Assembly: GCA_965279515.1 (NCBI GenBank)
Contig: CBDIID010000003.1
Span: forward strand, 2,592,001 to 2,656,000
DNA: 64,000 nt
Reading direction: 5' to 3'
DNA from: Turneriella sp.
GTDB lineage: Bacteria > Spirochaetota > Leptospiria > Turneriellales > Turneriellaceae
Shown piece by piece: positions 28,358 through 38,187 of this stretch (within the stretch, counting starts at the first letter, position 1; the number at the start of each line of letters is the position of its first letter). The notes under the pieces are model-generated. The model saw only the letters and a list, made by a program, of their open reading frames with translations, ran no database searches and was not told where the DNA came from. The translations under genes were made by a program, and so were the position numbers.

Positions 28358-31300
28358 AAATTCTGCTCCGGGCATTTCTGTTCTGCGTTCTTGCCATGAT
28401 GGCAGCATGCACGGGCAAAACCTCTGCGGTGCATGTCGATAAGGGGCATATTGACCTGACACAGTTTAACTTTGTCGCAGATGAGATCTACGAGCTGAAC
28501 GGGAAATGGGAGTATTTTCCCGGCAAACTGATGGTGCCCGAAGAACTCGGTAAGATGCCGGCCGCCAGATTGTTTGCCGCGGTGCCGCAAAGCTTCAGCA
28601 GCTATGAAGATGCCTCGCTGCGACTGCCAGCGGCGGCGAGCGCGACATACCGCCTTGTCATCGACCTGCCTGCGAAGCTCCAGACCTATACTGTTCGTAT
28701 ACCGCCGCCGGCTACGGCCAGCAAAGTCTTCGTCAATGGCCACCTCGAACTCGAAAACGGCAACGTGTCTGAAAATCCATCCGCCGTTAGCCCCCAGACC
28801 AGAATGCGCTACATGCAGTTGCCGCTGGCCGGTAAGACAGATCTGGTGATACAGGTGAGTAACGCCGAGTTCCGCAAAGGCGGTATCTGGCAGGCAATCA
28901 GCCTGGGCACAGGCGCGGCGATGGAACGCTACCGGATTCATGCGTTGATTTCGGATATTCTGGTTATTGTCGCACTGCTGACCTTCGCGGTTTACCACAT
29001 ATTACTTTCATACCTGAAACATCCCGAGACCTCGTCGGTTTATTACGGGTTATTTTGTCTCATGGTTGCGGTCGGCCGCCTGTTCACGGGAGAGCGGCTG
29101 GTGGCAGATGTTTTCCCCGGTATCAGCTGGGCTGTGGGTCTGCGGATCGAGTTTTTCTGTAATTTCATCGATGCAGGGTTTTTCTATCTCTATTACCGCC
29201 TGTTTTTCCCCGACCTGAACAAGAGCATCGTGCTCAAGGGGCTCGGTGCGATTACGCTGGCATTTGCCCTCGCCGCGGCGGTGCTCCCCATTTCAGTCAC
29301 GCGCCATTTGCGCGAGCCGTTCCAGGTCGTTGTCGCCGTTGGGCTCCTCATTGGAATGTTTCAGCTGATCCGCCTGGCGTTTCGCAATGCCTACGGTGCG
29401 CGCATCTTTCTCGCGGGCATTGTCATTGTCGCCCTGGGCTTTGGCAACGACGCGCTGAAGACCGCTGAGATTATCTCCACACCGTATTTGTTTTCTTATT
29501 CCATTCTGCTCTTCACCCTGATCCAGGCGATTCTTATTTCAGGAAAGTCGGTCGCGATCTTCAGGGAGAACGCCGAGCTTTCGAAGAAGCTCATGCACTC
29601 CGACAAGCTTAAGGATGAGTTTCTGACACAGACATCGCACGAGCTGCGCACTCCGGTGCAGGCGATGGTACAGACGCTGGAGAACCTGCGCCGCGGTGTG
29701 ACAGGCGCGGTCAGCGAACAGGTACAAAAGACTCTGGCCATCATCGAAGAAAACGGCCGCAGGCTGCTGTTCTTAATAGATGACCTGACGGATTTCGTCC
29801 GGCTCAAGCACAATGATGTCAGGCTGAATCTGCAGACCGTTGCGCTGAAGAAGATTATCGATCCGATCATGAAGTTATGCCTCGGCCTTTCGGAGAACAA
29901 ACAACTGGCGCTGATCGACGAAATTCCCGACGGCCTCGAAGACGTGCGTGTCGACCCGGCGCGCATACAGCAGATTCTGCTGAACCTGCTCAACACAGCC
30001 ATACGTTATGCGCATTCGCCGGCTATCACGGTGAAGCTTGGTAGTATTGATTCACAACTGGCCATCAGCGTCTTCTATAACGGCGCGGACCCCGATGCGC
30101 GCTACACGCATGAAACGGAAACGCCCGGTGATGAAGTTGGCCCCCTCGTGACGCAGCGGCTCGCAGAGCTCATGGGCGGAAAATATTATTACCATAAGTT
30201 TGCGGAATCACAGCATTCGCTGAGCATCACCATTCCCTACGAGCACATCGACGCTTTGGAAACACTCATTGCACGCAGCAAGCACCGCACAGAGTACAGG
30301 AAAACCAGCGAAAAAACCGTCTATGAGTTCCCTGTCCGTATGAGCGACGGCAGCTCGTCTACGGGCACTTCGGTACTGATTATCGGCGACAATGCCAGCC
30401 AAAACCGCTTGCTGCAGGAACAGCTGGTGACGCTAGGCAAGCTGACGCGCAGCGCCAAAAACGGAGCCGAGGCCATGTTGCTCCTGCAGGGCGAAAATGA
30501 TATCGCACTGATCATCTGCGACGTTCTGCTCTCTGACGTGTCAGGTATCGAGCTGACCATGAATATTCGCGCGCACTATGACATTGGCCTCATGCCGCTG
30601 ATTCTCATCATCGATAATAACCAGACCGGTGTTGCTGCGAGCGCATTCGCCGCCGGCGTCAACGATCTCATCCGCAGGCCGTTCGAAAAAGCCGAAGTCG
30701 TGGCGCGCGTACGCAATGTGCTGCTGCAGCGCGAAGCGTCACTCGCGCGCGAGAACTACAGGGCGCTCAACCGCGAACTCGAAATTGCCCGCAGCATCCA
30801 GGAGTCCATCCTGCCTGTTTCTCAACCCAAGAGCAGCCACTATAAAATTGAAGCGGTGTGTATGCCGGCACGCAGTATCGGCGGTGACTTCTACGATTTT
30901 ATCGAAGATGAAACTTCGGTCTGCGTGCTGATCGCCGACGTCGCGGGCCACGGCATACCGGCGGCTCTCTATGCTTCGATGCTGAAGATCGCCTTCCACA
31001 ACCTGCGCGACCAGGCAAAATTTCCCGAGAAGCTGCTCAAGGAACTCAACGACATCATGGTCGACCGCGGCGAGCGCACCTTCATCAGCTGCGCCTACAC
31101 CATGGTGGATTTCAAGAATAAGCGGCTGTTGCATGCGAATGCGGGCCACTTACCGCTGCTGCTGCAGGAACCAGGCAAGCCCGGTGTGAAGAAAATACAA
31201 CCCCCCGGTGGTGTTTTGGGTGTGCGCAAGGCGGCGGCGATTACCGTGGAAATGCGCCATTTGCAGCCGAAAACCCGGCTCACGCTCTTTACCGATGGGG

Positions 31301-31482
31301 TCATCGAGCTGGTGAACCGCAAAGGGGATTTCTTTGAGGAAGAGAGGCTCATTGCCATCCTGGAAGAAATGCGCGAATCGACGATCGCCGAGCTCAAAGA
31401 CCGCCTGCTGGCGGAAATGCGGGCTTTTGCCGAAGGTGAGGCCTTCCTGGACGATGTGACATTTGTCATCCTCGACGTCTGA
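28354..31482 (+). CDS. 7TM sensor-HisKA-degenerate HATPase-REC-SpoIIE hybrid
   Basis: LNGKWEYFP, 7 TMs, SHELRTP, ICDVLL, IGGDFYD, ADVAGHG, FTDG, DDVT. Confidence 0.88.
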   Translation: MKILLRAFLFCVLAMMAACTGKTSAVHVDKGHIDLTQFNFVADEIYELNGKWEYFPGKLMVPEELGKMPAARLFAAVPQSFSSYEDASLRLPAAASATYRLVIDLPAKLQTYTVRIPPPATASKVFVNGHLELENGNVSENPSAVSPQTRMRYMQLPLAGKTDLVIQVSNAEFRKGGIWQAISLGTGAAMERYRIHALISDILVIVALLTFAVYHILLSYLKHPETSSVYYGLFCLMVAVGRLFTGERLVADVFPGISWAVGLRIEFFCNFIDAGFFYLYYRLFFPDLNKSIVLKGLGAITLAFALAAAVLPISVTRHLREPFQVVVAVGLLIGMFQLIRLAFRNAYGARIFLAGIVIVALGFGNDALKTAEIISTPYLFSYSILLFTLIQAILISGKSVAIFRENAELSKKLMHSDKLKDEFLTQTSHELRTPVQAMVQTLENLRRGVTGAVSEQVQKTLAIIEENGRRLLFLIDDLTDFVRLKHNDVRLNLQTVALKKIIDPIMKLCLGLSENKQLALIDEIPDGLEDVRVDPARIQQILLNLLNTAIRYAHSPAITVKLGSIDSQLAISVFYNGADPDARYTHETETPGDEVGPLVTQRLAELMGGKYYYHKFAESQHSLSITIPYEHIDALETLIARSKHRTEYRKTSEKTVYEFPVRMSDGSSSTGTSVLIIGDNASQNRLLQEQLVTLGKLTRSAKNGAEAMLLLQGENDIALIICDVLLSDVSGIELTMNIRAHYDIGLMPLILIIDNNQTGVAASAFAAGVNDLIRRPFEKAEVVARVRNVLLQREASLARENYRALNRELEIARSIQESILPVSQPKSSHYKIEAVCMPARSIGGDFYDFIEDETSVCVLIADVAGHGIPAALYASMLKIAFHNLRDQAKFPEKLLKELNDIMVDRGERTFISCAYTMVDFKNKRLLHANAGHLPLLLQEPGKPGVKKIQPPGGVLGVRKAAAITVEMRHLQPKTRLTLFTDGVIELVNRKGDFFEEERLIAILEEMRESTIAELKDRLLAEMRAFAEGEAFLDDVTFVILDV

Positions 31483-31532
31483 CAAGGCTTTACATGCAGA
31501 TTTTCCCGGAAAAAACCGATATTTAAAAAGGC

Positions 31533-32507
31533 ATGTCTCCGAAAATCGTCGTATTTGAGCCCGACGGCATCTACCGTACGATCATTGAGAATATTCTTCT
31601 CAAGAACAACTATAAACCCTATTTCGTCGATTCGTCGGCCGAATGCAAAGTCGTCACCGACGAGGTGCGGCCCGACATCATTATCCTGGATATCAAGGTT
31701 GCAAAACCCCATGATTTCCGTATACTCTCTGACCTGAAGGTATTAAGCAAGGCGCCGATTCTGCTGACCACCGACGAAAACGTCGATGAATACATGCCGG
31801 CACTGGGCAGCAAGAACGTCACCATCGTGCTGCCGAAACCATTAAAAGGGGCCGAAGTGGCGCGCGTGCTGGAAAATCTGCTCACGGTGGATTCACGCGT
31901 CTGGTTCGGCATCCACAATTATCTTCCTGGGCTCCGCAAACTGCGCAAAGTAAAGCTCAAGCGTTCAACGCAGGTGCGCACGTGTATTAAAACCATTTTG
32001 AATGAAATGCATGCCTGGGGCTTCAATTTCAGCCATGAGACCGAGATGGATTTAGTCTGGCAGGAAATCCTCATCAATGCCGTCTACCATGCGCACGGCT
32101 ACACCAACGAAAAAAAAGAACGCGTGGCCATCGAGCTGCCTGACCCCTATGAAGTCGAAGTCACCTATGGCGCGAGTGAGCATGCCTTCGGTATCGCGGT
32201 GCGCGATTTTATGGGTACCCTGACCCCGGAGATCATCATCGACGCACTGCGCCAGACCATCGAGCAGCAGCAACTGATTGAGCGGGCCGCTGAAACCGGC
32301 GAGGATATTTCGCAGATCGTGCTTGACCGCGGCCGCGGCATCGACCTGATACGCCAGCTTTCGGGGGAGTATTATTTCATCATTGACCCCGGAAATTCAA
32401 CCGAAGTTATTATTATCTATGACCGGTATTATGAAAAAGATGATTCGGTCGGATCTCTTAAAATTTTCGATCTCTCTTATCATCTGGGCACCGCCGCTCC
32501 TCGCTGA
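31533..32507 (+). CDS. REC domain fused to anti-sigma (RsbW-like) HATPase
   Basis: PDIIILDI, PKP; EILINAVYH, VRDFMG, GRGIDLIRQL. Confidence 0.75.
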   Translation: MSPKIVVFEPDGIYRTIIENILLKNNYKPYFVDSSAECKVVTDEVRPDIIILDIKVAKPHDFRILSDLKVLSKAPILLTTDENVDEYMPALGSKNVTIVLPKPLKGAEVARVLENLLTVDSRVWFGIHNYLPGLRKLRKVKLKRSTQVRTCIKTILNEMHAWGFNFSHETEMDLVWQEILINAVYHAHGYTNEKKERVAIELPDPYEVEVTYGASEHAFGIAVRDFMGTLTPEIIIDALRQTIEQQQLIERAAETGEDISQIVLDRGRGIDLIRQLSGEYYFIIDPGNSTEVIIIYDRYYEKDDSVGSLKIFDLSYHLGTAAPR

Positions 32508-32805
32508 TAAGGCGGGAGCATCCGAAGGCGGCAAACCACCGATCTACATTAGCTTTGTCGGCCTGAAAGATGAGGGCGCGGCGCGCAGCTGTCTCAAAGC
32601 GATCAACCGCGACCGCAAGCGCATGCTGGTGATTCCCGACAGAGGTGAAGGCGACTACCAGATCGTCATCGAAAGAAGGCGACCGGGTTTTGTCGTGCGC
32701 GTTGAGAAAATGGGGACAGCACTAAAGACAGCCCGTGCACTCTTCGACTATGAGGTCTGTATCGCAGCAGCGGCGATTTCGCGTGAAGCGATTTCAGACG
32801 ATTGA
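32431..32805 (+). CDS. Small exported hypothetical protein
   Basis: ORF fills the gap, signal-like N-terminus; overlaps upstream gene, start uncertain. Confidence 0.5.
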   Translation: MKKMIRSDLLKFSISLIIWAPPLLADKAGASEGGKPPIYISFVGLKDEGAARSCLKAINRDRKRMLVIPDRGEGDYQIVIERRRPGFVVRVEKMGTALKTARALFDYEVCIAAAAISREAISDD

Positions 32806-32812
32806 GGCGACT

Positions 32813-33169
32813 GTGAAAGACGTCAACCGCCACGCGCTTATCATCACGGCCAAACCGGCTTTTTTCGCTCTGCTGACGCGCCTCTCAGGTGACACATTCG
32901 AGGTACCCGACGCCACGGAGAACGACACGAGCCGGGTCTACCTGATCTCCGGTGATTTTCTCTACCACGAAGAGGCGCTCGAATGGGTCGAAGAAAACCG
33001 CCAGGCGTTTTTTGAAGACACCTTTGTCGCCTGGTACACCGAAGAGGGCAAATGCCCGCAAGATATCAGTTGGAGCGAATTTCAGGACTACTTTGTTTTT
33101 TCTATACAGTCGATGATCATCGACGCTGCGACGAACGAAGAACTGTACCAGGACTACGAAAAAGAATAG
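32813..33169 (+). CDS. Acidic hypothetical protein
   Basis: GAGG RBS plus GTG; NR.A.I...KP.F, VYLI, WY..E...P..ISW.EF motifs. Confidence 0.7.
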   Translation: MKDVNRHALIITAKPAFFALLTRLSGDTFEVPDATENDTSRVYLISGDFLYHEEALEWVEENRQAFFEDTFVAWYTEEGKCPQDISWSEFQDYFVFSIQSMIIDAATNEELYQDYEKE

Positions 33170-33176
33170 GGCCTAA

Positions 33177-33210
33177 CCCTCCCCTATAAGGGGAGGGCTG
33201 GGGTGGGGTT
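33177..33210. repeat. REP-like repeat, family A, overlapping desaturase 3' end
   Basis: CCCTCCCCTATAAGGGGAGGGCTGGGGTGGGGTT, hairpin identical in core to that at about 34341-34361. Confidence 0.8.
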
Positions 33211-34275
33211 TGAACTCTTAAACCAGCTATCTGGCAGTGAGTAGCGGAAAATCCGCTTCAGCACTTCACCGTACTGTTTCGCAAAGCTGCCGGTATTGTA
33301 GTTCTGGTCATAACGCGCACAGATCTCCTGCACTTTCGGCGCCATCTGCGCGTAACGCCACGCCGGCACATCGGGGAACAGGTGGTGTTCGATCTGGTGG
33401 CTGAGGTTACCCGTCAGAATATGGAACCACCAGTCACCCTTGAGGTTGCTCGAACCCTTGAGCTGGCGCAGGTACCAGGCGCCACGGCTTTCATTCTGCG
33501 TCTCTTCTTGCGTAAACGCTTCTGCGTCGGTCGTAAAGTGACCGCAGAAGATAATCGCATGCGCCCAGACATTGCGCATCAGGTTCGCGGTGATGTTACC
33601 GAATAAAACCGGCAGCATGTTCTTACCTGCAGTTGCGGGAAAGTAGACATAGTCCTTCGCTGCCTGAGAAAACATCTTCGCCAGTACCGGCTTCAGTTCA
33701 GCGAGCGTCAGCTTTTTATCGCCATTCTTGATGTTGTCTGCCTCAAGATCGTGCAGCGCCACGCCCCACTCGAAGAGCACCGAGAGAAAGAAATTCGAAA
33801 CGGGCTGGGCCAGGTATTGCGGCTTCCATGGCTCCTGATCGGTGAGGCGCATGATGCCATAGCCCAGGTCGCGGTCTTTGCCGACGATGTTCGTGTAGGT
33901 GTGGTGCATGTAGTTATGCGAGTGCCTCCACGATTCCGACGTCGATGCAGTATCCCACTCATAGGTCTGCGAATGTGTTTCGGGATCGTTCATAAAATCG
34001 TACTGGCCGTGCATGATGTTGTGCCCGATCTCCATGTTCTCTAGAATTTTTGCAATCCCGAGAGAGTACGTACCCTTCAGCCATGCTGCGGGGTTTTCAC
34101 CCTCGTTTTTCAAAAGCTCGCGGCCCAAAAGCTCATGATCGCGGCAAAGCTGAATGATGTCACGGATATAACCGGCATCTTCTGCGCCCACCTTCGCCAG
34201 CGTTTCGGCGCGCAGTGCATCAAGCTCGCGGCCGAAGGTTTCGATTTCTTCTGTGTTGAGTTTTCTGTTTTTCAT
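33184..34275 (-). CDS. Acyl-CoA/fatty acid desaturase (DesB-like)
   Basis: His boxes HNIMH, HNYMHH, HQIEHH; ENMEIGH. Confidence 0.93.
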   Translation of the reverse strand: MKNRKLNTEEIETFGRELDALRAETLAKVGAEDAGYIRDIIQLCRDHELLGRELLKNEGENPAAWLKGTYSLGIAKILENMEIGHNIMHGQYDFMNDPETHSQTYEWDTASTSESWRHSHNYMHHTYTNIVGKDRDLGYGIMRLTDQEPWKPQYLAQPVSNFFLSVLFEWGVALHDLEADNIKNGDKKLTLAELKPVLAKMFSQAAKDYVYFPATAGKNMLPVLFGNITANLMRNVWAHAIIFCGHFTTDAEAFTQEETQNESRGAWYLRQLKGSSNLKGDWWFHILTGNLSHQIEHHLFPDVPAWRYAQMAPKVQEICARYDQNYNTGSFAKQYGEVLKRIFRYSLPDSWFKSSNPTPALPL

Positions 34276-34290
34276 ATTTTCCCTTCTTAA

Positions 34291-34376
34291 CCCTCACCCC
34301 CGTCCCCTCTCCCTTATAGGGAGAGGGGAGCTTGAATTTCCCCTCCCCTATAAGGGGAGGGGATTAAGGGGTGGGG
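34291..34376. repeat. Inverted REP doublet (REPIN-like), family A
   Basis: CCCTCACCCCCGTCCCCTCTCCCTTATAGGGAGAGGGGAG followed by inverted TCCCCTCCCCTATAAGGGGAGGGGATTAAGGGGTGGGG. Confidence 0.85.
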
Positions 34377-34383
34377 TTTCTTC

Positions 34384-35511
34384 TCATAAATCGATTTCCA
34401 CCTCTCCCACCGGTTGCGTGATACAGAGTTGGATGTCCTCACGCCCCGATGATTCTTTACCATTCAAAAGATTTTTCACAGTGCCCGAGCACTTATGCGC
34501 CTTGCATTCATGACAGATGCCGCGGCGGCAGCCATGCTTGGGCTTAAGGCCCGCGGCCTCCGCGGCTTCGAGCAAGTTGGTCTCGACCTTCACCGCTGAA
34601 CGCGAGCGCAGAAAGCGCGCCGTGCCATGGAGCCCGGATGGCTCCTGGTCTGCGCCGACAGGGATGTCGGAGCGCAGATCCGCCGACGGCCATTTCGGCA
34701 GCGTGTAATACTCCGACTGCATCTGCGAATATTGCAGAGCCGTGAGCTCAGCCTCAATCCCTTTTACGAAATCGCCTGCACCGCAGAGGCGCACCGGGGT
34801 GTGCGGCGGATGGATCGCGTTCTGCAAAAGTACCATCGCACTGGCGACGGTCAGGCGGTTCTTTTCGGCGCCCTCGCTGTAGAAGAAGTGCGGGTGAAAA
34901 TTGTCATGCTCGGCCGCCAGCCGCTTCAATTCGTCACGGAAAATGACGCTACTCAGATTTTTTGCAGCGTGGAAAAAGTGGATATCCCCCCAGGCACCTT
35001 GCTCAAGCAGCGCACGCACCATCGCATAGACGGGGGTAATGCCACTGCCGGCAGAGAAGAACAGGTAGGTACCGTGATCAGTCGCCGGCATGACAAAATC
35101 ACCGCGCGGGACGGAGATTTCGACCTGCGCACCGGCGTGGATATGATCGTGCAGGTGGTTTGAAACCTTGCCATTGGTGGCGCGCTTCACTGTAATCGAC
35201 AGAGTCTTTTCTTGAGTGCTACCAGTAAGCGAATACTGGCGCACGGTACGCACGCCGTTGATTTCGACGGCGACGTCGATGTGCTGGCCGGGTTGAAACG
35301 CCGGGTAGTTTTCGGGAGTTTTGAGCAGAAAAGTCACCGTATCGGCGGTTTCAATGCGGCGCTCGAGCACGGTCGCCATCGGGCGCGCCGCGCTGCCGCG
35401 CACATAACTCTGCGCCGCGGGGTTAAAAAGGCCCGTACGCGCATAATCGGGTAACAGGCGCTCAAAGTAGCGGAATGTGTCGAAGAGGTGGGTTTGGGTT
35501 GTTGTTTCCAT
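34384..35511 (-). CDS. Ferredoxin reductase (DesC-like, FNR + 2Fe-2S)
   Basis: RQYSL, GKVS, AGSGITP, GCRRGICHEC..C; GGAGGA RBS. Confidence 0.92.
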   Translation of the reverse strand: METTTQTHLFDTFRYFERLLPDYARTGLFNPAAQSYVRGSAARPMATVLERRIETADTVTFLLKTPENYPAFQPGQHIDVAVEINGVRTVRQYSLTGSTQEKTLSITVKRATNGKVSNHLHDHIHAGAQVEISVPRGDFVMPATDHGTYLFFSAGSGITPVYAMVRALLEQGAWGDIHFFHAAKNLSSVIFRDELKRLAAEHDNFHPHFFYSEGAEKNRLTVASAMVLLQNAIHPPHTPVRLCGAGDFVKGIEAELTALQYSQMQSEYYTLPKWPSADLRSDIPVGADQEPSGLHGTARFLRSRSAVKVETNLLEAAEAAGLKPKHGCRRGICHECKAHKCSGTVKNLLNGKESSGREDIQLCITQPVGEVEIDL

Positions 35512-35546
35512 TTTTGTATCCTCCATAGGTGCTGTCCTGCGGACAG

Positions 35547-35587
35547 TCTAACAGTGTTAGATATAAAGTAAACAACTGTTCAACTTT
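35547..35587. promoter_or_regulatory. Putative DesT/FabR-type operators
   Basis: TCTAACAGTGTTAGA (35547-35561) and AAAGTAAACAACTGTTCAACTTT (35565-35587) upstream of desC-desB. Confidence 0.55.
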
Positions 35588-35749
35588 GCGGCAAGTTTTT
35601 TTATTCGGATTTACAGCTTTTATAGCTAATAACTCACTTATTAACTAATAAATCGCCTTGTTTCTAAGAAAAAATGCACCGAATTGTCCAATTTCTCCCC
35701 GGCCAAGCCTTATTCCTTTGAACCGGGAAACCGGTTCAAGGAGCAAAAA

Positions 35750-36169
35750 ATGACAGAATTAACGGAAAAAGCGGGGCAAATACCGCTGACAGAGGCAGAA
35801 AAAAAGGCCAAGTGGATCAAGACTGCGCGGGTGATCTACTGGATCATCACAGGATTCTTCGCAGTATCCATGATCTTCGCCGGCGTCGGCTATATTACCG
35901 GCTATGCGCCGGTCGTGGCCGGATTTTCCCAAATTGGCTATCCCCTTTATGTAATGAAGATCCTGGGCGTGTTCAAAGTCGCCGGTGGATTAACGTTTCT
36001 TTTCGTACGATCGCGCACGCTCAAAGAATGGGCTTATGCCGGGTATACCTTCAACCTGATCGGCGCGATTGTGTCGCATGCCTTTACCGACCAGGCGTAT
36101 ATACCGGCGGCAATCGTGCTGGTTTTGGTGTTGATATCGTACCGGCAGTGGAAAACCGGGTGGATGTAA
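35750..36169 (+). CDS. DoxX-like membrane protein
   Basis: IYWIITG, GYP.Y, LKEWAYAG. Confidence 0.88.
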   Translation: MTELTEKAGQIPLTEAEKKAKWIKTARVIYWIITGFFAVSMIFAGVGYITGYAPVVAGFSQIGYPLYVMKILGVFKVAGGLTFLFVRSRTLKEWAYAGYTFNLIGAIVSHAFTDQAYIPAAIVLVLVLISYRQWKTGWM

Positions 36170-36507
36170 TGAAAAACTTTGCGCTGCTTTTCCGCCAACC
36201 CCGGTATGAATACCCGCCCGAAGAAATGAAAGTACTCGGGCAAAAATGGCAGGCCTGGGTGACGGCAATTGCGGAGCAAGGCAAGCTGGTCGACCAGGGC
36301 CCGCGCCTTGGTCTCGAAGGCAAGGTTCTCAAGGCCGGCGGTGTCATCACCGATGGCCCTTTCGTGGAGATCAAAGAACGGCTGGGCAGCTTCATCGTGG
36401 TACGCGCGGCAGATCTCGACGAGGCAACCACCCTGGCGCATGGCTGCCCGGCCATCGACGAAGGCGGCAGCGTCGAGGTTCGCCCGATCATCGGCCCAGG
36501 CAAATAA
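36169..36507 (+). CDS. YciI/DGPF family protein
   Basis: TDGPFVEIKE, GCP....GSVEVRP; TAATG coupling. Confidence 0.9.
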   Translation: MKNFALLFRQPRYEYPPEEMKVLGQKWQAWVTAIAEQGKLVDQGPRLGLEGKVLKAGGVITDGPFVEIKERLGSFIVVRAADLDEATTLAHGCPAIDEGGSVEVRPIIGPGK

Positions 36508-36509
36508 TC

Positions 36510-37751
36510 TTGGCGCAGGCAAGCGAGGTCATCCGCGAACTTTACCGCGGCGAATTCGCGAAGATGGTCGCGGTCATCGCGCGCCGCTTCGGCCTCGCGC
36601 ATATGGAGATTGCCGAAGACATCGTCAGTGACACCTTTCTGACCGCGGCGGAAAAATGGCAGGCGGGCATTCCCGAAAACCCCGCGGCCTGGCTCTATGT
36701 GGTCGCCAAACAAAAGGCCATCGCGCATTTCAGGCGAGCGAAGATACACGAGAACAAGATCGCCGAACTCGCACTCAGCCACGGTGAAAGTACCGACGAG
36801 ACGGAACCTGATTTTTCCGCGCCGGGAATCCGCGACAGCCAGCTGCAAATGCTGTTCGCGGTCTGCACCCCGGCGATCCAGAGCGAGGCACAGATCGGAC
36901 TCGCGCTGCGCATTCTCTGCGGTTTCGGCATCGATGAGATCGCCGAGGCATTCTTCTCCAATAAAGAGACCATCAACAAGCGGCTTTTTCGCGCGCGCGA
37001 GAAGCTGCGGAGCGAGAACATACCCATGGCGCTGCCCGCCGAACATGACCTCGCGGCGCGCCTCGCAAACGTGCTACGCATCATCTACCTTTTGTTCAGC
37101 GAGGGCTATTACTCTAAAACCGAAAACCAGATTCTGCGCCGCGACCTCTGTTTCGAGGCAATGCGCCTCGGCACGATGCTTACCGAATACGCACCGACCG
37201 ACCTGCCTGAAACCAATGCGCTTATGGCGCTCATGTGTTTTCATGCTTCACGCTTCGATGCACGTACCAACGACAGCGAAAGCCTGGTTCTCTATGAAGA
37301 GCAGGATGCATCGCTATGGGATGAGAATCTGATCCGTCAGGGGATGTTCTTTTTAAACCGCTCGGCCGCCGGTGCGGTTCTCAGTTCATACCATATTGAG
37401 GCCGGCATCGCGCGCTGGCATTGTATTCAAAATGATACGCCGGAAAAGTGGCGGAGCATCCTGAGTCTCTACGATAGTTTGCTGCAGATTCAATACTCCC
37501 CCGGCGCGGCCCTGAATCGGATTTATGCCCTGTATAAAGCGGAAGGTGCCGAGGCGGCCCTGCGGGCCCTTTCTGCCGCAAAGCTGCCGGAAAACCATTT
37601 CTATCACGTTCTGTTGGCCGAGCTTCTTGCCGGCAGCGATAAGGCAAAGGCGCGCGCCCATTTATCTGCGGCCGCAACCCTGGCAAAAACCGAAGCAGAG
37701 AAGCAGCAGATCACCATAAAACTCGGAAAACTTGACGCGGCAGAGATTTGA
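36510..37751 (+). CDS. ECF sigma factor, ECF42 type
   Basis: AEDIVSDTF, DSQLQMLF.VC.P, IYLLFSEGY, QD.SLW; TTG start 2 nt after DGPF stop. Confidence 0.88.
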   Translation: MAQASEVIRELYRGEFAKMVAVIARRFGLAHMEIAEDIVSDTFLTAAEKWQAGIPENPAAWLYVVAKQKAIAHFRRAKIHENKIAELALSHGESTDETEPDFSAPGIRDSQLQMLFAVCTPAIQSEAQIGLALRILCGFGIDEIAEAFFSNKETINKRLFRAREKLRSENIPMALPAEHDLAARLANVLRIIYLLFSEGYYSKTENQILRRDLCFEAMRLGTMLTEYAPTDLPETNALMALMCFHASRFDARTNDSESLVLYEEQDASLWDENLIRQGMFFLNRSAAGAVLSSYHIEAGIARWHCIQNDTPEKWRSILSLYDSLLQIQYSPGAALNRIYALYKAEGAEAALRALSAAKLPENHFYHVLLAELLAGSDKAKARAHLSAAATLAKTEAEKQQITIKLGKLDAAEI

Positions 37752-37764
37752 TACCCGGTAGATC

Positions 37765-38181
37765 ATGAATAAGTTTCTGCTTCCACTCATCCTAGCCCTT
37801 TTTGCCGCCGGTAACTGCAATCTCATGCGCTCCTCAGGCAAAGCGCAGTTTTCCCCCGGCGACAAACCGGGCATGGGACGCCTCAGCATCACGGGCCCGT
37901 CAGGCTGGCAGTGTATCGAATTCGAAAAAACCCGCACCGACGCCGCATCGGCCGAGCTCAACGTCGCCGGCATTGGCCGCGGCAAATGCCCGATGTTCGG
38001 GGCCTTCGTTTCGGACTCAACCGGGTTTCCGAACCAAAGCGAGTCATTCGAAATACCTGCCGATCAACCGACGCTGGTCTACCAGAACGCCGCAAAAGAC
38101 TTTGAGATCTATGTGCTCGTCACCAAAGATGGCAGTGTCTTCGAAAAACTGAAAAAAGACGGCCGTAGAAAATCGCTCTGA
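37765..38181 (+). CDS. Hypothetical lipoprotein
   Basis: Signal peptide ending AAGNC. Confidence 0.6.
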   Translation: MNKFLLPLILALFAAGNCNLMRSSGKAQFSPGDKPGMGRLSITGPSGWQCIEFEKTRTDAASAELNVAGIGRGKCPMFGAFVSDSTGFPNQSESFEIPADQPTLVYQNAAKDFEIYVLVTKDGSVFEKLKKDGRRKSL

Positions 38182-38187
38182 CACCGA

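Noticed and set aside
35812..36509. Long N-terminal extensions of the DGPF and ECF ORFs suggesting fusions or frameshifts
   Set aside because: Explained by three separately initiated, tightly coupled genes.
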